From Candidatus Nitrosotenuis sp. (GTDB taxonomy: Archaea; Thermoproteota; Nitrososphaeria; Nitrososphaerales; Nitrosopumilaceae), in assembly GCA_038869175.1 (NCBI GenBank), contig JAWCRP010000001.1, forward strand, positions 1 through 37,522: a stretch of 37,522 nucleotides of DNA. The letters are read 5' to 3'. The notes below the pieces were generated by a model. It was not told the DNA's origin and ran no database searches. It saw nothing but the letters and a program-made list of their open reading frames with translations. Below are positions 1 through 9,977 of the stretch, piece after piece. The translations under genes and the position numbers were made by a program. Numbering within the stretch: position 1 is the stretch's first letter; the number at the start of each line of letters is the position of its first letter.

Positions 1-363
1 CACCGACTCTGCCATATCGAAATCGGAAAACCAAAAGAGCACAAACGTGGCATCAGATAGATCCGTCATCGCAGCATCCTCACATTTTAGGTAGGTGCAT
101 GACAGATTTTCACTTTTTACAAATTCCATGGCAGCATCTATCTTTTTGGCATCGTTGTCGACTCCGACTGCCTTTTTTACGCCAAACTCTTTTTCCGCAA
201 TGGCAAGCGAGCTTCCAGTGCCGCACCCAAGATGATAAAACACATCATTCTTGCCTAGTCCTGCAAAGCCAAAGATCTCCCTTAACGATTTCTGACCAAG
301 CTCGACATCCTGTCCTGAAATTATCGATGGCGGAAGCGTCGAGATGTACTCTTCAATCTTCAC
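1..363 (-). CDS. Class I SAM-dependent methyltransferase, 3' end truncated by the window edge (not in the ORF track)
   Basis: Manual translation from GTG at 363 gives MKIEEYISTLPPSIISGQDVELG...VFYHLGCGTGSSLAIAEKEFGVKKAVGVDND..., with motif I (LGCGTG) and an acidic motif II (GVD). The frame is open to position 1. Confidence 0.8.
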   Translation of the reverse strand, partial: MKIEEYISTLPPSIISGQDVELGQKSLREIFGFAGLGKNDVFYHLGCGTGSSLAIAEKEFGVKKAVGVDNDAKKIDAAMEFVKSENLSCTYLKCEDAAMTDLSDATFVLFWFSDFDMAESV

Positions 364-433
364 ACATAATCATCGTCTTTGCGAAATTTAAAGGACGCGA
401 GAAGATAATTCAGAAACTGCTGTGCGCGCACAA

Positions 434-706
434 CTATTCTCTAATGGACTCTAGCGTAGAGACTGCCTGCCACAAAGTGACTCGCACGTATGATGGCATG
501 TTTGGATCCTGTGTTATATCGTCAAGCTGACTTATTGCGTTTGCTGCACGGACCGACATCGACTCTTCACTATTTTTTAGACTGGATATCAAATCCGTGA
601 GATTTTTTTTAATATTTTTGGGAGTTGTTGGGTTTGCAGCAACCTGCGTCAGGGTCTGCAGGGCACTCTCAAACGACTTTAGATTTTGTGCCTTTTTGTC
701 TGCCAT
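434..706 (-). CDS. UPF0147 family small archaeal protein
   Basis: 90 aa helical protein with TPKNIKK...RAANAISQLDDITQDPNMPSYVRVTLWQAVSTLE, typical of archaeal UPF0147. Confidence 0.85.
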   Translation of the reverse strand: MADKKAQNLKSFESALQTLTQVAANPTTPKNIKKNLTDLISSLKNSEESMSVRAANAISQLDDITQDPNMPSYVRVTLWQAVSTLESIRE

Positions 707-736
707 GCCAGTACTGCCATCTCACTTGTTTTAAAT

Positions 737-1045
737 CTACACCTCAACAAAGACGTTATCTGATTCAACCACCGTCTTGTACGATTTGAGATCGGCTATC
801 TTGGCAGGAAATTTTTCAAGCTTGCCAGTCTGGCAGCTGAATTTTGCCCCATGCCAGCCGCACGTGATTGTGGTTCCTTCAAGTCCGCCCTCAGAAAGAC
901 TTGCACCTGCATGTGTGCACGTGTCATCACATGCATAAAAACTTCCATTAATGTTTGCAACCAAGATGTCACGGCCATCAACTGAGACCTTTTGCATTTT
1001 GCCTGCGGGAATATCTGATATTTTGCCGACTATTATCTTGCCCAT
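737..1045 (-). CDS. Rieske-type [2Fe-2S] ferredoxin
   Basis: CTH...CGWH Rieske ligand motifs. Start reassigned to ATG 1045 (MGKIIVG); the ORF-track start at 1066 is possible. Confidence 0.9.
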   Translation of the reverse strand: MGKIIVGKISDIPAGKMQKVSVDGRDILVANINGSFYACDDTCTHAGASLSEGGLEGTTITCGWHGAKFSCQTGKLEKFPAKIADLKSYKTVVESDNVFVEV

Positions 1046-1077
1046 GCCGAACAAAACTGGCAGCATTTATTATTTTT

Positions 1078-1941
1078 TTAGTCCGTAAACCTGACGGTGT
1101 TCTCCAGTCTGCCAAGCCCGTCAATTTCCATCTGTATTTTATCCCCGTCTTGCAAAAATACCGCATTTGGCTTGTTGAGCATCACGCCTGCCGGAGTCCC
1201 GGTGGATATAATATCTCCCTTTTCCAGCGTCATCACCCTGCTAATCTTTGAGACTATCTGTGGGATCTTGATGAACATGTTTGCAGTAGTAGAATCCTGC
1301 CGTATCGTGCCGTTCACCCACGTCCTCAGTCGCATATTCTGTGGGTCGGGCACCTCATCAGCACTTGTTATCCACGGACCGCATGGGGCAAATGTGTCAA
1401 ACCCCTTTGCGCGCCCAAACTGCTTATCCTGAGCCTGAATGTCTCTTGCGGATACATCATTAAACACCATATACCCAAAGATGTGCTTGTACGCCTCCTC
1501 CTCGACAATGTTCTTTCCGCCCTTGCCGATAATCAATGCAAGCTCCACCTCGTAGTCAAGTTGTTTTACAAACCTAGGACATACGATGTCTGCGTTGGTA
1601 GAATTCAAAGTCGTCCTTGGAATCATCACTATTGCCGGATCATGCGGGGGAGTTAGATTCTGCTCTTTTGCATGATCTACGTAGTTGAATGCAAGGCAGA
1701 TTATCTTTGGTGGATTTGGAATCGGCGCAAGTATCTTTACATCTGATATCTTTGTAGAGTATTCTAGAGGTGGATTCTGTGATATGACTTCTTCATACCA
1801 TCCATCAAAGAGAAACTCTCTGATGCTAATCGGTATTGGTATTCCGGTCTTTGTTATTATCTCCTCCTTTGTGGCAATTCCCCGGTCGCTGACAAACCCA
1901 TAAGTCTCCTTACCTGAAATCAAAAATCTGCCTATCTTCAT
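1078..1941 (-). CDS. Fumarylacetoacetate hydrolase (FAH) family protein
   Basis: Motifs KIICLAFNYVDH, LDYEVELA, NDVSARD, KGFDTFAPCGP and GDIISTGTPAGV. Confidence 0.92.
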   Translation of the reverse strand: MKIGRFLISGKETYGFVSDRGIATKEEIITKTGIPIPISIREFLFDGWYEEVISQNPPLEYSTKISDVKILAPIPNPPKIICLAFNYVDHAKEQNLTPPHDPAIVMIPRTTLNSTNADIVCPRFVKQLDYEVELALIIGKGGKNIVEEEAYKHIFGYMVFNDVSARDIQAQDKQFGRAKGFDTFAPCGPWITSADEVPDPQNMRLRTWVNGTIRQDSTTANMFIKIPQIVSKISRVMTLEKGDIISTGTPAGVMLNKPNAVFLQDGDKIQMEIDGLGRLENTVRFTD

Positions 1942-1947
1942 ATCAAA

Positions 1948-3651
1948 TCACTTGTGTGTGTATATTGCCTGCAGCTGCGAGTCCTTTCTGCAGTAGCCGA
2001 ACCTGACAAACTGAATCTCTTTTCCCTCTTTGAGCTCGTTGTAGTAAGGCTCTGTAAAAACGTTAATCTCCTCAAGGCTGCCTTCGTTGAACTCCTCTCC
2101 TATGAAGAGCTGGCTTGGAATCAATATCTTTATTCTGACTGCCGCTTGCTCTGAGACCCAGTGTATTTTTGGAATCTCCTGCCGCATCTCATCGCCAACA
2201 TACTGCCCTTCTGCCTCAGAATTGTTTCCTGTTATCCTGATGTTGCCAAGCCCCATAAAACGCATCTCATCGCCAATCTTTGCCTTTTCCAAATCCTCCT
2301 CCTCAACAAGTATGCCCTCCCCAAGCTCAACTACCCTTTTGCCCATGTCTTTTGTTGGGTGATTGTGCATCGTTATCGTCTTTGGCAGCCCGCTTACTCT
2401 GATTACCTTTGGCCTTTTCACCATGTGCAGCCTGATGCTTTCTCCGTCGACTATCTTTCTGTTGAATGACTCTAGCGTTTCAAATGGTGCAAGAGTGTCT
2501 GCCTTTGTAAATCCAAGTGAGAGGACGAACTTGCGTATTGCCTCAGGCCTAATGCCCCTTCTTTTTAGCGCCTCAAGCGTTGGAAGACGCGGATCGTCAT
2601 ACCCGGAGACCTTGCCCTCCTCAATTAGCGGGCGGAGTACCCTCTTTGATACTGGCATTCCCTCAAATCCCAGCCTTGAGAACTCGATGACTCGCGGCTT
2701 GCGCATCTTTAATGCGTCAAGTATGGAATAATACAATTCATTTCGCAGCTCGTATTCCTTGGTCCTAAATGCGTGCGTTACACCATCGATGCTGTCCTCG
2801 ATTGCTACTGCAAAGTCGTAGCTTGGATACACCCTGTACCTGTCTCCAAGCAACGGATGCTTTGTGTCTATTATTCTAAACATTACGGGATCGCGCATCA
2901 CTGTGTTTTCCGAACTCATGTTGCCGCGAAATCTCACTATCGCATCGCCAGGCTTGTATTTGGCAAACATCTTTTCCCATCTTTCCATGTTCTGCTCCAT
3001 CTGACCAAGACTGCACTTGCATGCCTTCATGTTCCGCCTGTTGGCAGATATCGTTTCCTGCTTGCACGTGCAAACATAAGCAAAATTGCCATCAAGCAGC
3101 TCCTTGCCTTTTTTGTAGAGAATCTCCATGTCATCAGATGTGTTCTTTACCATGTCGTACTTTACGCCAAGCCAGTCAAGGCCCACCTTTATTGCAGCAT
3201 AATACTCTAATCTTTCCGCCTCAGGATTGGTATCGTCAAATCGCAAGATTAGCTTGCCCCCGTACATCCTTGCATACTCTTCATCGATTATTGCCGCCTT
3301 TGCATGTCCTATGTGTGGATACCCGTTTGGCTCAGGCGGAAATCTTGTTATGACCTTTCCATGCTCTGCATCGGAAAGCGGCGGAAGGCCATGCTCCTCC
3401 TGCTTTTGCGGCTTTTGCTCAAGTAATGATGCAAAACCTGCCTCCATCTCGGTCCTTATCTGCTCAGGCGACATCTGGTTTATCTTGTTTACAATATCTG
3501 AAATCTCCGGCATTATCTCCCTGATGCGGGATCTCAAGTCGGGCATCTGGCCCAATACCTTTGATAGAACTATCTTGTCCGCAGTCCTTCCATGCTCAAG
3601 TGCATTCTGCATGGCAATTCCGCGTATCTTGTTTTTTGTATCATCGTCCAA
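1948..3651 (-). CDS. gltX: Glutamate--tRNA ligase (archaeal type)
   Basis: RFPPEPNGYPHIGH (HIGH motif), RFDDTNP, VSKR (KMSKS equivalent), DDPRLPTL and C-terminal QFVRFGY; TTG start. Confidence 0.97.
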   Translation of the reverse strand: MDDDTKNKIRGIAMQNALEHGRTADKIVLSKVLGQMPDLRSRIREIMPEISDIVNKINQMSPEQIRTEMEAGFASLLEQKPQKQEEHGLPPLSDAEHGKVITRFPPEPNGYPHIGHAKAAIIDEEYARMYGGKLILRFDDTNPEAERLEYYAAIKVGLDWLGVKYDMVKNTSDDMEILYKKGKELLDGNFAYVCTCKQETISANRRNMKACKCSLGQMEQNMERWEKMFAKYKPGDAIVRFRGNMSSENTVMRDPVMFRIIDTKHPLLGDRYRVYPSYDFAVAIEDSIDGVTHAFRTKEYELRNELYYSILDALKMRKPRVIEFSRLGFEGMPVSKRVLRPLIEEGKVSGYDDPRLPTLEALKRRGIRPEAIRKFVLSLGFTKADTLAPFETLESFNRKIVDGESIRLHMVKRPKVIRVSGLPKTITMHNHPTKDMGKRVVELGEGILVEEEDLEKAKIGDEMRFMGLGNIRITGNNSEAEGQYVGDEMRQEIPKIHWVSEQAAVRIKILIPSQLFIGEEFNEGSLEEINVFTEPYYNELKEGKEIQFVRFGYCRKDSQLQAIYTHK

Positions 3652-3652
3652 C

Positions 3653-4630
3653 TTAGAGGCTCCTTTTTACAACAAAATCAAGAAGCGAGACCATCTCGGA
3701 TTTTGCGGGGCCAGAATACGGCGCAAGAGATCTTCTTGCCTTCTCTGCATACGATACTGCGATATCTCTGATGTCGCGTTCTATGTCAAGTGAGCGCATG
3801 GCATCAACTGCTACATCTATCTTTTTTTGTGTGGCCTTTTGATTTCCAAATACTGCCATGATGTCCCTTCTCTTTGATGGACCTGCCTTTCGTATCGCCA
3901 AAAGAATTGGCAATGATTTTTTACCCTCGCGAAGATCGTTCCCTACCGGCTTTTTTGTCACCTTCGGATCCCCCAGAACTCCAATGTAATCATCCGTTAT
4001 CTGGAATGCGACTCCAAGATTCCTCCCAAACGATGCCAAGTTTGTCACATCACTTTGTTTTCTTTTTGCACATATTGCGCCCATTGCGCATGATACCTCA
4101 AAGAGTGCTGATGTCTTTTTTTCAACCATCCTAATGTATTCCGATCTCTGCGGAATCTTTTTGCCCTCTGCCATCTTTATGTCCATGACCTGGCCCTCAC
4201 ACACATCAACACAGGCATCTGCAAGCCTTAAGACAAGCTGCGATGAGACCTTCTGGTCTCCCACATTGTGCGTTGATACCATCTGAAATGCCTTTGAGAA
4301 CAAAACATCGCCCGCAAGTATGGCAAGCGGCACGCCATATCTTTTATGAACTGTAGGAACACCGTGTCTTACATCGTCCCTGTCCATTATGTCATCGTGA
4401 ACTAGGGTGAAGTTGTGAATCATCTCTATTGCTGATGCTGCAGCAAGTGCTGAGCTTGCAGAGCCGCCAAGCATCTGACAGCTTTTGATGACAAGGTATG
4501 GTCTTAGCCTCTTTCCGCCGTTTATTATTAGGTGTGATGCTGCCCTGTACAGCTCATCCGGATTGCCCCTAAGCTTTGCCCCAAGGTATTTGTTGACACG
4601 TCTTGCAGTCTGCGGCAAACTGGATGTCAA
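3653..4630 (-). CDS. Polyprenyl (geranylgeranyl) diphosphate synthase
   Basis: GGKRLRP, FTLVHDDIMD (FARM preceded by Phe, typical of archaeal GGPPS), GQVMD, KT and FQITDD; lies in the isoprenoid cluster. Confidence 0.93.
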   Translation of the reverse strand: MTSSLPQTARRVNKYLGAKLRGNPDELYRAASHLIINGGKRLRPYLVIKSCQMLGGSASSALAAASAIEMIHNFTLVHDDIMDRDDVRHGVPTVHKRYGVPLAILAGDVLFSKAFQMVSTHNVGDQKVSSQLVLRLADACVDVCEGQVMDIKMAEGKKIPQRSEYIRMVEKKTSALFEVSCAMGAICAKRKQSDVTNLASFGRNLGVAFQITDDYIGVLGDPKVTKKPVGNDLREGKKSLPILLAIRKAGPSKRRDIMAVFGNQKATQKKIDVAVDAMRSLDIERDIRDIAVSYAEKARRSLAPYSGPAKSEMVSLLDFVVKRSL

Positions 4631-5265
4631 TTCACAAGCCTCCAGTTGTTTGTTGGAAAATGATGCTTTAGCGATTTCTCAAGTGCCGCCTTTAGTCTGC
4701 CTTCCATCCACAAAGACAGCATCTTGTCGTGTTTTAGCAGCATCTGCTTGTCTGACTTTGGAAGAAGGTATAGTGCGAGAAGCATCCATGGGCAGTATAT
4801 CTGCGGATTCTTTTCAATATCTGATGCCGCCTCATCATTTGATACCCACTTTGTCTCGCTTATCTCGTCCTTTACCAATCTAAGCGAGAATGGCTCATCT
4901 ACTATGCCGATTAGCGTTCCGCAGATCTCGTTTTCAGAGCCCACATCCTTGTATGGCACATGGTATTCAAATTTGAAAAGATAGTCAAGCTTGCACGATG
5001 CACCAATCTCCTCTGGCAGCCTCCTTTCTGCGGATGAGACGTACGTTTCCGTCTTTCTTGGGTGGCTTGCAACAGTTCCATCCCAGTCGCCAGGCCATAG
5101 CATCTTGCTGCTGCTCCTTCTTGTGAGGAGTAGCTTTCCTTCTCTGTTAAACAAAAGAACTGTAAATGCCCTGTGGAGCTTTCCCTGCGGAAGATGACAC
5201 CTTACCTTTTCCTCGGTGCCTATTGGGTTGTCGTCTTTGTCAACTAAAATCAGATACTCTTCCAT
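4627..5265 (-). CDS. idi: Isopentenyl-diphosphate delta-isomerase, type 1 (Nudix fold)
   Basis: LHRAFTV, LLLTRRS..K..WPG.WDGTVASHP, RRLPEEIG, ENEIC and CPW; located between ipk and GGPPS. Confidence 0.9.
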   Translation of the reverse strand: MEEYLILVDKDDNPIGTEEKVRCHLPQGKLHRAFTVLLFNREGKLLLTRRSSSKMLWPGDWDGTVASHPRKTETYVSSAERRLPEEIGASCKLDYLFKFEYHVPYKDVGSENEICGTLIGIVDEPFSLRLVKDEISETKWVSNDEAASDIEKNPQIYCPWMLLALYLLPKSDKQMLLKHDKMLSLWMEGRLKAALEKSLKHHFPTNNWRLVN

Positions 5266-6009
5266 CTACTTTCCTCCAAACAGCGTGCCGTTGAATTTGT
5301 TTTTTTGTATTGCTGAGACAATTCGTTCAGGCATGTTGCCATTAACAAAGAATGCCTTCAGTCCCATCTTTGCTATCTTTGATGCCTCCTCTACCTTGCG
5401 CTTCATACCGCCAGTTACGTCCATCTTTACATCCTCAAATGAGAATGACTCTTCTCCTATGTTTCGTATGAGCCTGTGCGTTTTTAGATCAGAGTACAGT
5501 CCGTCCACATTTAACACAAATATGCAAAGCCTTGGCCTGAGTGCCTTTGCAAGTATGCTCATTATTCTATCACCTGACAAAATGTACGACTTGCCATCCC
5601 CATACCATAACGCATCACCATACGTGATAGGAACCAGGCCGGACTTGGCAATCTTTTCAATCTCATTTATCTTGCTTGGAATCGGCTTGTCGCCTTTCAT
5701 AAAGTCAGTTGGAGGCAGGCAGTATGTGTTTATCTTGTTTTTCTCAAATATCTCCAAAATTATTCTGTCAAGCTCTACCATCGAGTTCTTTACTATGGAA
5801 ACTCCGCGCACATTGTATCTGGCAGGTTTTGTATGCATGTCGTATTTTACCGACCAGTAGTGACCAAATGAGCCGCCGCCATGAACTAAAACTAGCGGCT
5901 CTTTTATCTTGCGCAACTGCACCGCAATCTTGTTTATCGCAACCATCCTTGGCGAGAGAGGCTTTTCCTTGTTTGTGATTATAGAGCCTCCAAGCTTGAT
6001 TAGGATCAT
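5266..6009 (-). CDS. ipk: Isopentenyl phosphate kinase
   Basis: IKLGGSIITNK, VHGGGSFGH, ILSGD and DVTGGM..K amino-acid-kinase-family motifs; start reassigned to ATG 6009. Confidence 0.92.
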   Translation of the reverse strand: MILIKLGGSIITNKEKPLSPRMVAINKIAVQLRKIKEPLVLVHGGGSFGHYWSVKYDMHTKPARYNVRGVSIVKNSMVELDRIILEIFEKNKINTYCLPPTDFMKGDKPIPSKINEIEKIAKSGLVPITYGDALWYGDGKSYILSGDRIMSILAKALRPRLCIFVLNVDGLYSDLKTHRLIRNIGEESFSFEDVKMDVTGGMKRKVEEASKIAKMGLKAFFVNGNMPERIVSAIQKNKFNGTLFGGK

Positions 6010-6066
6010 AATACTATTTCCAAAAAATAGGCAGTTAAATAGGCTCACATGAGAGGATTTTTCTTC

Positions 6067-7026
6067 CTATGTGTTATCTATCTGGTGCTGGACTCCACGC
6101 AGATCCATTCTTGCCGCAAAGCAATCGTAGCCTTTTTCCAAAAGATCTCTTATCACAGCCTGCTGGTTTGAGTCGTCCACAATAGCAATTATGCATCCGC
6201 CATCTCCTGCCCCCGTTATCTTGGCCCCATACGATCTCTGGTATGCAACATTTAACATGGCATCAAGCGTGCTGTTTGAGACTCCTATCTGATCAAGATA
6301 TTTCTGATTCTGCGACATTTTGCGTCCTACCAGCGCAAGATCGTTTGACTGCATGGCAGATATTGCATCATCAATCAGCCTTTCCTCCTGCGTGCGTAAC
6401 AGTGAAAATATTGCCGGATTTTCATCCTTGTACTTTTTGACCCTTGCCACCACTTGGCTTGTTGAATGCGGCATCTTCGAGTCGGCAATTACAAGTGAGA
6501 ATCTTGGTTCAAAGTCAAGTCGCACTATCTGTCCGTCCCGGTGATATTCGATTAGGCCGCCATACGTGCACACGCTGCAGTCAGCACCTGATGTGTTCTC
6601 AAAGATTGTCCTTTCTGCCTCGATTGCAAGCTCAAGTATCTGCTCCTTTGTACATTTTGAAAAAAGACCTGCAATTGAGCTTGCGGCAGCAACGCAGCAC
6701 GCAGAGGATGAGCCAAGTCCTATGCCGGATGGAAACTCGGCTGTCACATTTATCGTGATGCCTGACTGTCCGCCTGACTCGGAGAGAATCTTTTGCGCAA
6801 TATACACGATGGGTCTTAGCGTTGACTCTATCTCAGATAGCGGCATATCTTTTGCACAACTAATGCTGCCAAGTGAGGATCTTACCTCTATTTTGCCAGA
6901 ATCGGTGAGGGCCGACTCGACTGTGATGCGCTTGTCAATTGAGCAGAGAACTGCCTTTCCGCCGTACACAATAAAGTGCTCGCCAAACAGGATCACCTTT
7001 CCTGGTGCAGATGCGATGGACTTCAA
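6067..7026 (-). CDS. mvk: Mevalonate kinase (GHMP family)
   Basis: APGKVILFGEH, PSGIGLGSSSA, SGAD and KITGAGDGGC motifs. Confidence 0.95.
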   Translation of the reverse strand: MKSIASAPGKVILFGEHFIVYGGKAVLCSIDKRITVESALTDSGKIEVRSSLGSISCAKDMPLSEIESTLRPIVYIAQKILSESGGQSGITINVTAEFPSGIGLGSSSACCVAAASSIAGLFSKCTKEQILELAIEAERTIFENTSGADCSVCTYGGLIEYHRDGQIVRLDFEPRFSLVIADSKMPHSTSQVVARVKKYKDENPAIFSLLRTQEERLIDDAISAMQSNDLALVGRKMSQNQKYLDQIGVSNSTLDAMLNVAYQRSYGAKITGAGDGGCIIAIVDDSNQQAVIRDLLEKGYDCFAARMDLRGVQHQIDNT

Positions 7027-7850
7027 CTAAACACGATGGAGGCGTATCCTACTACAGAGTCCTTGCTGCCTGCAACATCGCCGCTTGTGGCGTATTTGAG
7101 AAGCTGGCCTTTACCTGCCCCAAGCTCCTTGCATGCTACGATGGTTGCCGCAATTGCTCCGTATCCGCACGCACTCACCCTCCTTTTTTTCAACACGTCG
7201 TAAAATAATGGAACGTCCATCTCAAGTATTGGCTCAATCAACGCTTTGTCCTGATTGTGCGCAACCTCGTTCTGCTCGTAATGTGTAAGGTCTGAAGAAC
7301 CAATAATGATTGATTTTCTCGTCTTTGCAATCTTGGCAACTGCTGCTCCTACCTCCGATGCACACTCTATCTCCTGATCAAGCATGCAGATTGGTAGAAT
7401 GGCAAACTTGTTCTTGCAAAACTCTTGCATCATGGGAACTTGAACTTCGATACTGTGCTCCTTTATGTGAGAGAAGAAATCAATCTCTATAGTTTTGCAA
7501 ATCCGGTTTATCATTGATGCGGCATCCGAGTCGACCTGGACATCACCGATTGGAGTCCTCCACGATGCATCCTTCATCGTGGCCACCTGACACCCAAGAC
7601 CCCAGTGGTTGGGCCCAATTATTATTGCAAGCTCAAAGTCTTGCTCTGCAATTGCCGCAAACGAGTGTGTTGCAACCGGGCCGGAGTACATGTAGCCTGC
7701 ATGCGGACACACTGCCCCGTAAATTTTTTTACCAATCTTGAAATCTCCAACGCCATACTGATGCATGATGCAGTCTTTGACAGTCTCCACAAGTTCGTTT
7801 TTCTCATTTGGATAGAACATGCCAGCAACAGCCGGTGTTCTAACACGCAT
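7023..7850 (-). CDS. MEMO1 family protein (AmmeMemoRadiSam protein B-like)
   Basis: RTPAVAGMFYP, PHAGYMYSG, GPNH, EHSIEVQ, SSDLTHY, ACGYG and VVGYAS motifs. Confidence 0.93.
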   Translation of the reverse strand: MRVRTPAVAGMFYPNEKNELVETVKDCIMHQYGVGDFKIGKKIYGAVCPHAGYMYSGPVATHSFAAIAEQDFELAIIIGPNHWGLGCQVATMKDASWRTPIGDVQVDSDAASMINRICKTIEIDFFSHIKEHSIEVQVPMMQEFCKNKFAILPICMLDQEIECASEVGAAVAKIAKTRKSIIIGSSDLTHYEQNEVAHNQDKALIEPILEMDVPLFYDVLKKRRVSACGYGAIAATIVACKELGAGKGQLLKYATSGDVAGSKDSVVGYASIVFS

Positions 7851-8473
7851 TACTCGATTTCCTCGTCTGTTATCTTTGTCTCAAAGTCGTCTATTTCGTA
7901 CTTCATCGGCTCGCTCTCTTGAAGCTGGCCCTTTTGTATGAGAATCTCGCGAGCCAACAGCCAGAACACCGTGGCAAGAGATTTTCTTCCCCGGTTGTTT
8001 GCTGGAATCACCAAATCAATCTTTGATGTGACGTTGTCTGTGTTTGAGACGCCTATTACCGGAATTCCCGCGTTGGTTGCCTCGATAATTGCCTGCGAGT
8101 CCACCTGCGGATCTGATATGATGACGAGCCTTGGCTCAGTATAGTATGGAAGAGACGGATTTGTAAGTGTGCCTGGCATGAATCGTCCAAGCATCTTTCT
8201 TGACCCAGTCATCTCGCAAAATCTTTCAATTGGTGTACTGGCATACTCTCTTCCGGAGCATACAAGAACAAGATTTGGCTCAATTCTATTGACAAACTTG
8301 GCAGCCGTCTTTATTCTTGCAAGCGTTTTGTCAAGGTCTATCATGTATAGGCCTTCGGGGCTTGCTTTTGTTATGAAAGGCTGCATGAATGTGGTCTTGA
8401 CAGTAGTTCCTACTCTGATTCCTGTTGAGAGGATCTTCTTTTTGATGTCTTGACTTTCCGCTTGTTGTGCCAT
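7850..8473 (-). CDS. rps2: 30S ribosomal protein S2 (uS2)
   Basis: GRFMPGTLTNP, DPQVDSQAIIEA and IPANNRGRKS motifs; conserved position after eno. Confidence 0.97.
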   Translation of the reverse strand: MAQQAESQDIKKKILSTGIRVGTTVKTTFMQPFITKASPEGLYMIDLDKTLARIKTAAKFVNRIEPNLVLVCSGREYASTPIERFCEMTGSRKMLGRFMPGTLTNPSLPYYTEPRLVIISDPQVDSQAIIEATNAGIPVIGVSNTDNVTSKIDLVIPANNRGRKSLATVFWLLAREILIQKGQLQESEPMKYEIDDFETKITDEEIE

Positions 8474-8480
8474 AGCGATT

Positions 8481-9719
8481 TTAAATCTCTGCCATACCCG
8501 ATATTAAACTATACTCCGAGAGGCGTATCAGCTCGTTGAGTTTTGATATCCTCTCGCCCCCAAGAACGCCCACCTTGAGCATCTTTGAGCCGGTGGCAAC
8601 ACCAATATGGGAGATCTGATGGTCCGTGGACTCGCCTGACCTGTGCGATGTTATTATTCCGATCCTGTTCTTTGTTGCAATCTTGGCAAACTCTAATGCA
8701 TCGTATAGGCTCCCTGCCTGGTTTACCTTGAGTATGACGCCGCTGCATGCCTTTTTTGATACTGCCTTTTTGAGAATTTTTGGGTTTGTCACAGTAAGGT
8801 CGTCTCCTGTCACCAAAACCTTTGGAAATTTTTTTGTAATCTTTGCCATATCGGAAAACGCCTCCTCATGCACTGCGTCCTCAGCGTAGATGAGCTTGTA
8901 TTTTGATATTATTTCTGCCGCAAAGTCAATCTGCTCTTCCGGCGTGTTCTCAAATCCTGCACGCTCGTAGACGTATTTTTTCTTCTTTGAATTCCATTGA
9001 GTCGATGATGCAAAGTCCACTCCAAGTGCTACCTCTTTTCCCAGTGTGTAGCCAAGACTCTCGCAGGCCTTTGCGGATATCTCAAGTGCCTCCTCGTTGT
9101 CCATCTGCGGTGCCCATCCGCCCTCATCGCCGCGGCCGTTGGTAAATCGCAAGTCTGCCTCCCTCAAAAGTCTTCCAAGCTCCTTGTGTACTGCAAAGTT
9201 CATCTCGATTGCCTCCCTTGGCGACTTGGCACCCTTGGAGCAGATGAGTATCTCCTGTATGTCAGGTGTGCCGGGCCCAGCATGAGCACCGCCCCCAAGA
9301 ATGTTGCCAAGCGGGAACGGGAATCTCCATCTTTTTGCATTTGATAATATCTTAAACATCGGCTGATCAAGCGCCTTTGCTGCCGAGTCGGTGGCGGCAA
9401 TTGTGATGGCATAGGCTACTGCTCCTCCTATCTTAGAATAGTTTGGCGTCTTGTCTATTGCCCTTATCTGTCTTTGAATGGATTTTAGATCATCCGCATC
9501 AAGGCCGACAAACCTTTTTGCATTCTTGCTTAACATCTGCAAGCTCTTTTCTGGACTGTTTGCCGCAAAACTCTGGGCCTCGTACTTGCCTACGCTTGCA
9601 CCAGATGGGGCGCACGCACGCCCAAGGTGCCTGTTATCTGAAATGATATCTACCTCTATTGTCTTGCTTCCTCGGCTGTTGTAGACCAGCCTTCCTTTAA
9701 TGGAGGTGATCTTTGGCAA
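8481..9719 (-). CDS. eno: Enolase
   Basis: NSRG..TIEVD, PSGASVG..EA, GDEGG, GDDL.VTN, LKVNQAG and SHRSGES motifs. Confidence 0.96.
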   Translation of the reverse strand: MPKITSIKGRLVYNSRGSKTIEVDIISDNRHLGRACAPSGASVGKYEAQSFAANSPEKSLQMLSKNAKRFVGLDADDLKSIQRQIRAIDKTPNYSKIGGAVAYAITIAATDSAAKALDQPMFKILSNAKRWRFPFPLGNILGGGAHAGPGTPDIQEILICSKGAKSPREAIEMNFAVHKELGRLLREADLRFTNGRGDEGGWAPQMDNEEALEISAKACESLGYTLGKEVALGVDFASSTQWNSKKKKYVYERAGFENTPEEQIDFAAEIISKYKLIYAEDAVHEEAFSDMAKITKKFPKVLVTGDDLTVTNPKILKKAVSKKACSGVILKVNQAGSLYDALEFAKIATKNRIGIITSHRSGESTDHQISHIGVATGSKMLKVGVLGGERISKLNELIRLSEYSLISGMAEI

Positions 9720-9720
9720 A

Positions 9721-9957
9721 CTACTCTAGCTCTGACTGGACTTCCAAGTATCGTCGCTGAATTGCCTCGTAGAACGGAATTATCTGCTGCATCGTCTCAA
9801 CTGATGTGAGCATCATCCTTCTGCAGCAATATCTTTTGAGTTCAAGTGAGTCAAGAACCTTTCCTGGCTCCTCTCCTGCCTTCACTCTGTTTTGATAGTC
9901 CTCATGTTTATCTGCAATTAGGTTGCCGCAAGTAAAACATCTTACCGGAATTAACAC
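9721..9957 (-). CDS. rpoN: DNA-directed RNA polymerase subunit N (Rpo10)
   Basis: IPVRCFTCG...RYCCRRMML zinc motif. Confidence 0.98.
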   Translation of the reverse strand: MLIPVRCFTCGNLIADKHEDYQNRVKAGEEPGKVLDSLELKRYCCRRMMLTSVETMQQIIPFYEAIQRRYLEVQSELE

Positions 9958-9977
9958 GAATCAAAGGGTAATCAAGG

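Noticed and set aside
99-530. 143-aa plus-strand ORF in the track
   Set aside because: It is antisense to the methyltransferase (1-363) and UPF0147 genes and has no recognisable motifs. The many other antisense or nested ORFs in the track are rejected for the same reason.
7023-7850. Complete AmmeMemoRadiSam system
   Set aside because: Only the MEMO gene is present, in its usual archaeal rps2-mvk context. There is no AMMECR1 partner, and the radical SAM gene at 28-30 kb belongs to a different B12-dependent family.
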